Shown one piece after another: positions 63,933 through 64,000 of a DNA stretch of 64,000 bases (its first letter is position 1; every line of letters starts with the position of its first letter). A model generated the notes under the pieces. It ran no database searches and was not told the origin of the DNA. It saw nothing but the letters and a program-made list of their open reading frames with translations. The DNA comes from Candidatus Aenigmatarchaeota archaeon (GTDB lineage Archaea; EX4484-52), in contig JAGLPV010000001.1 of the NCBI GenBank assembly GCA_023137195.1, forward strand, positions 42,242 through 106,241. Direction: 5' to 3'. Position numbers and translations under genes: made by a program.

Positions 63933-64000
63933 GATGGGGTGTTTACAATCAGATTGCTCTTACAAGATTCCAATTAACTTATGGTTGGATTATTCCATTT

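Overview
AT-rich archaeal chromosome segment. Archaeal hallmarks present: TFB, TBP, r-proteins L31e/L39e/P0/P1/S7/S12/L15, RPA, endonuclease Q, RtcB, beta-CASP RNase J, Cdc48 and two PurP paralogs. Genes are tightly packed and often fused, and many surface or membrane proteins have no recognisable family. This fits a small-genome DPANN-like archaeon, but that placement is inference only. Housekeeping content includes purine synthesis (purS-purL-purQ, purM, 2x purP), a shikimate pathway compressed into two multi-domain genes (AroA-AroC and AroD-AroE-AroK), a fused glucosyl-3-phosphoglycerate synthase/phosphatase next to a GH15-like hydrolase, seryl-tRNA synthetase, nadA, tRNA-His, and scattered type IV pilus-like parts (A24 peptidase, T2SF-like proteins). 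The stand-out region is a ~9.5 kb, visibly more AT-rich accessory island (about 18.7-28.2 kb) lying between purQ and purM on the same strand. From high to low coordinates it carries a wHTH-Fic protein and a single-chain type IIG restriction-modification enzyme. Next comes a 2-TM protein translationally coupled to that enzyme, then a 34-codon relic duplicating the methyltransferase C-terminal tail. That relic is coupled to a 439-aa coiled-coil protein with a C-terminal RNLVIH (Rx4H, HEPN-like) motif. Below that sit a Bro-N/DinD-like gene split by a 55-nt double-hairpin insert, a DUF2283/toxin-like pair, and several decayed Bro-N fragments sharing a ~45-90 bp repeat. I propose the RM + 2TM + relic + HEPN-like string as the best candidate for an undescribed defence module. 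Every function here is inferred from motifs read by eye, with no database search run. No rRNA, CRISPR array, integrase or transposase was seen.
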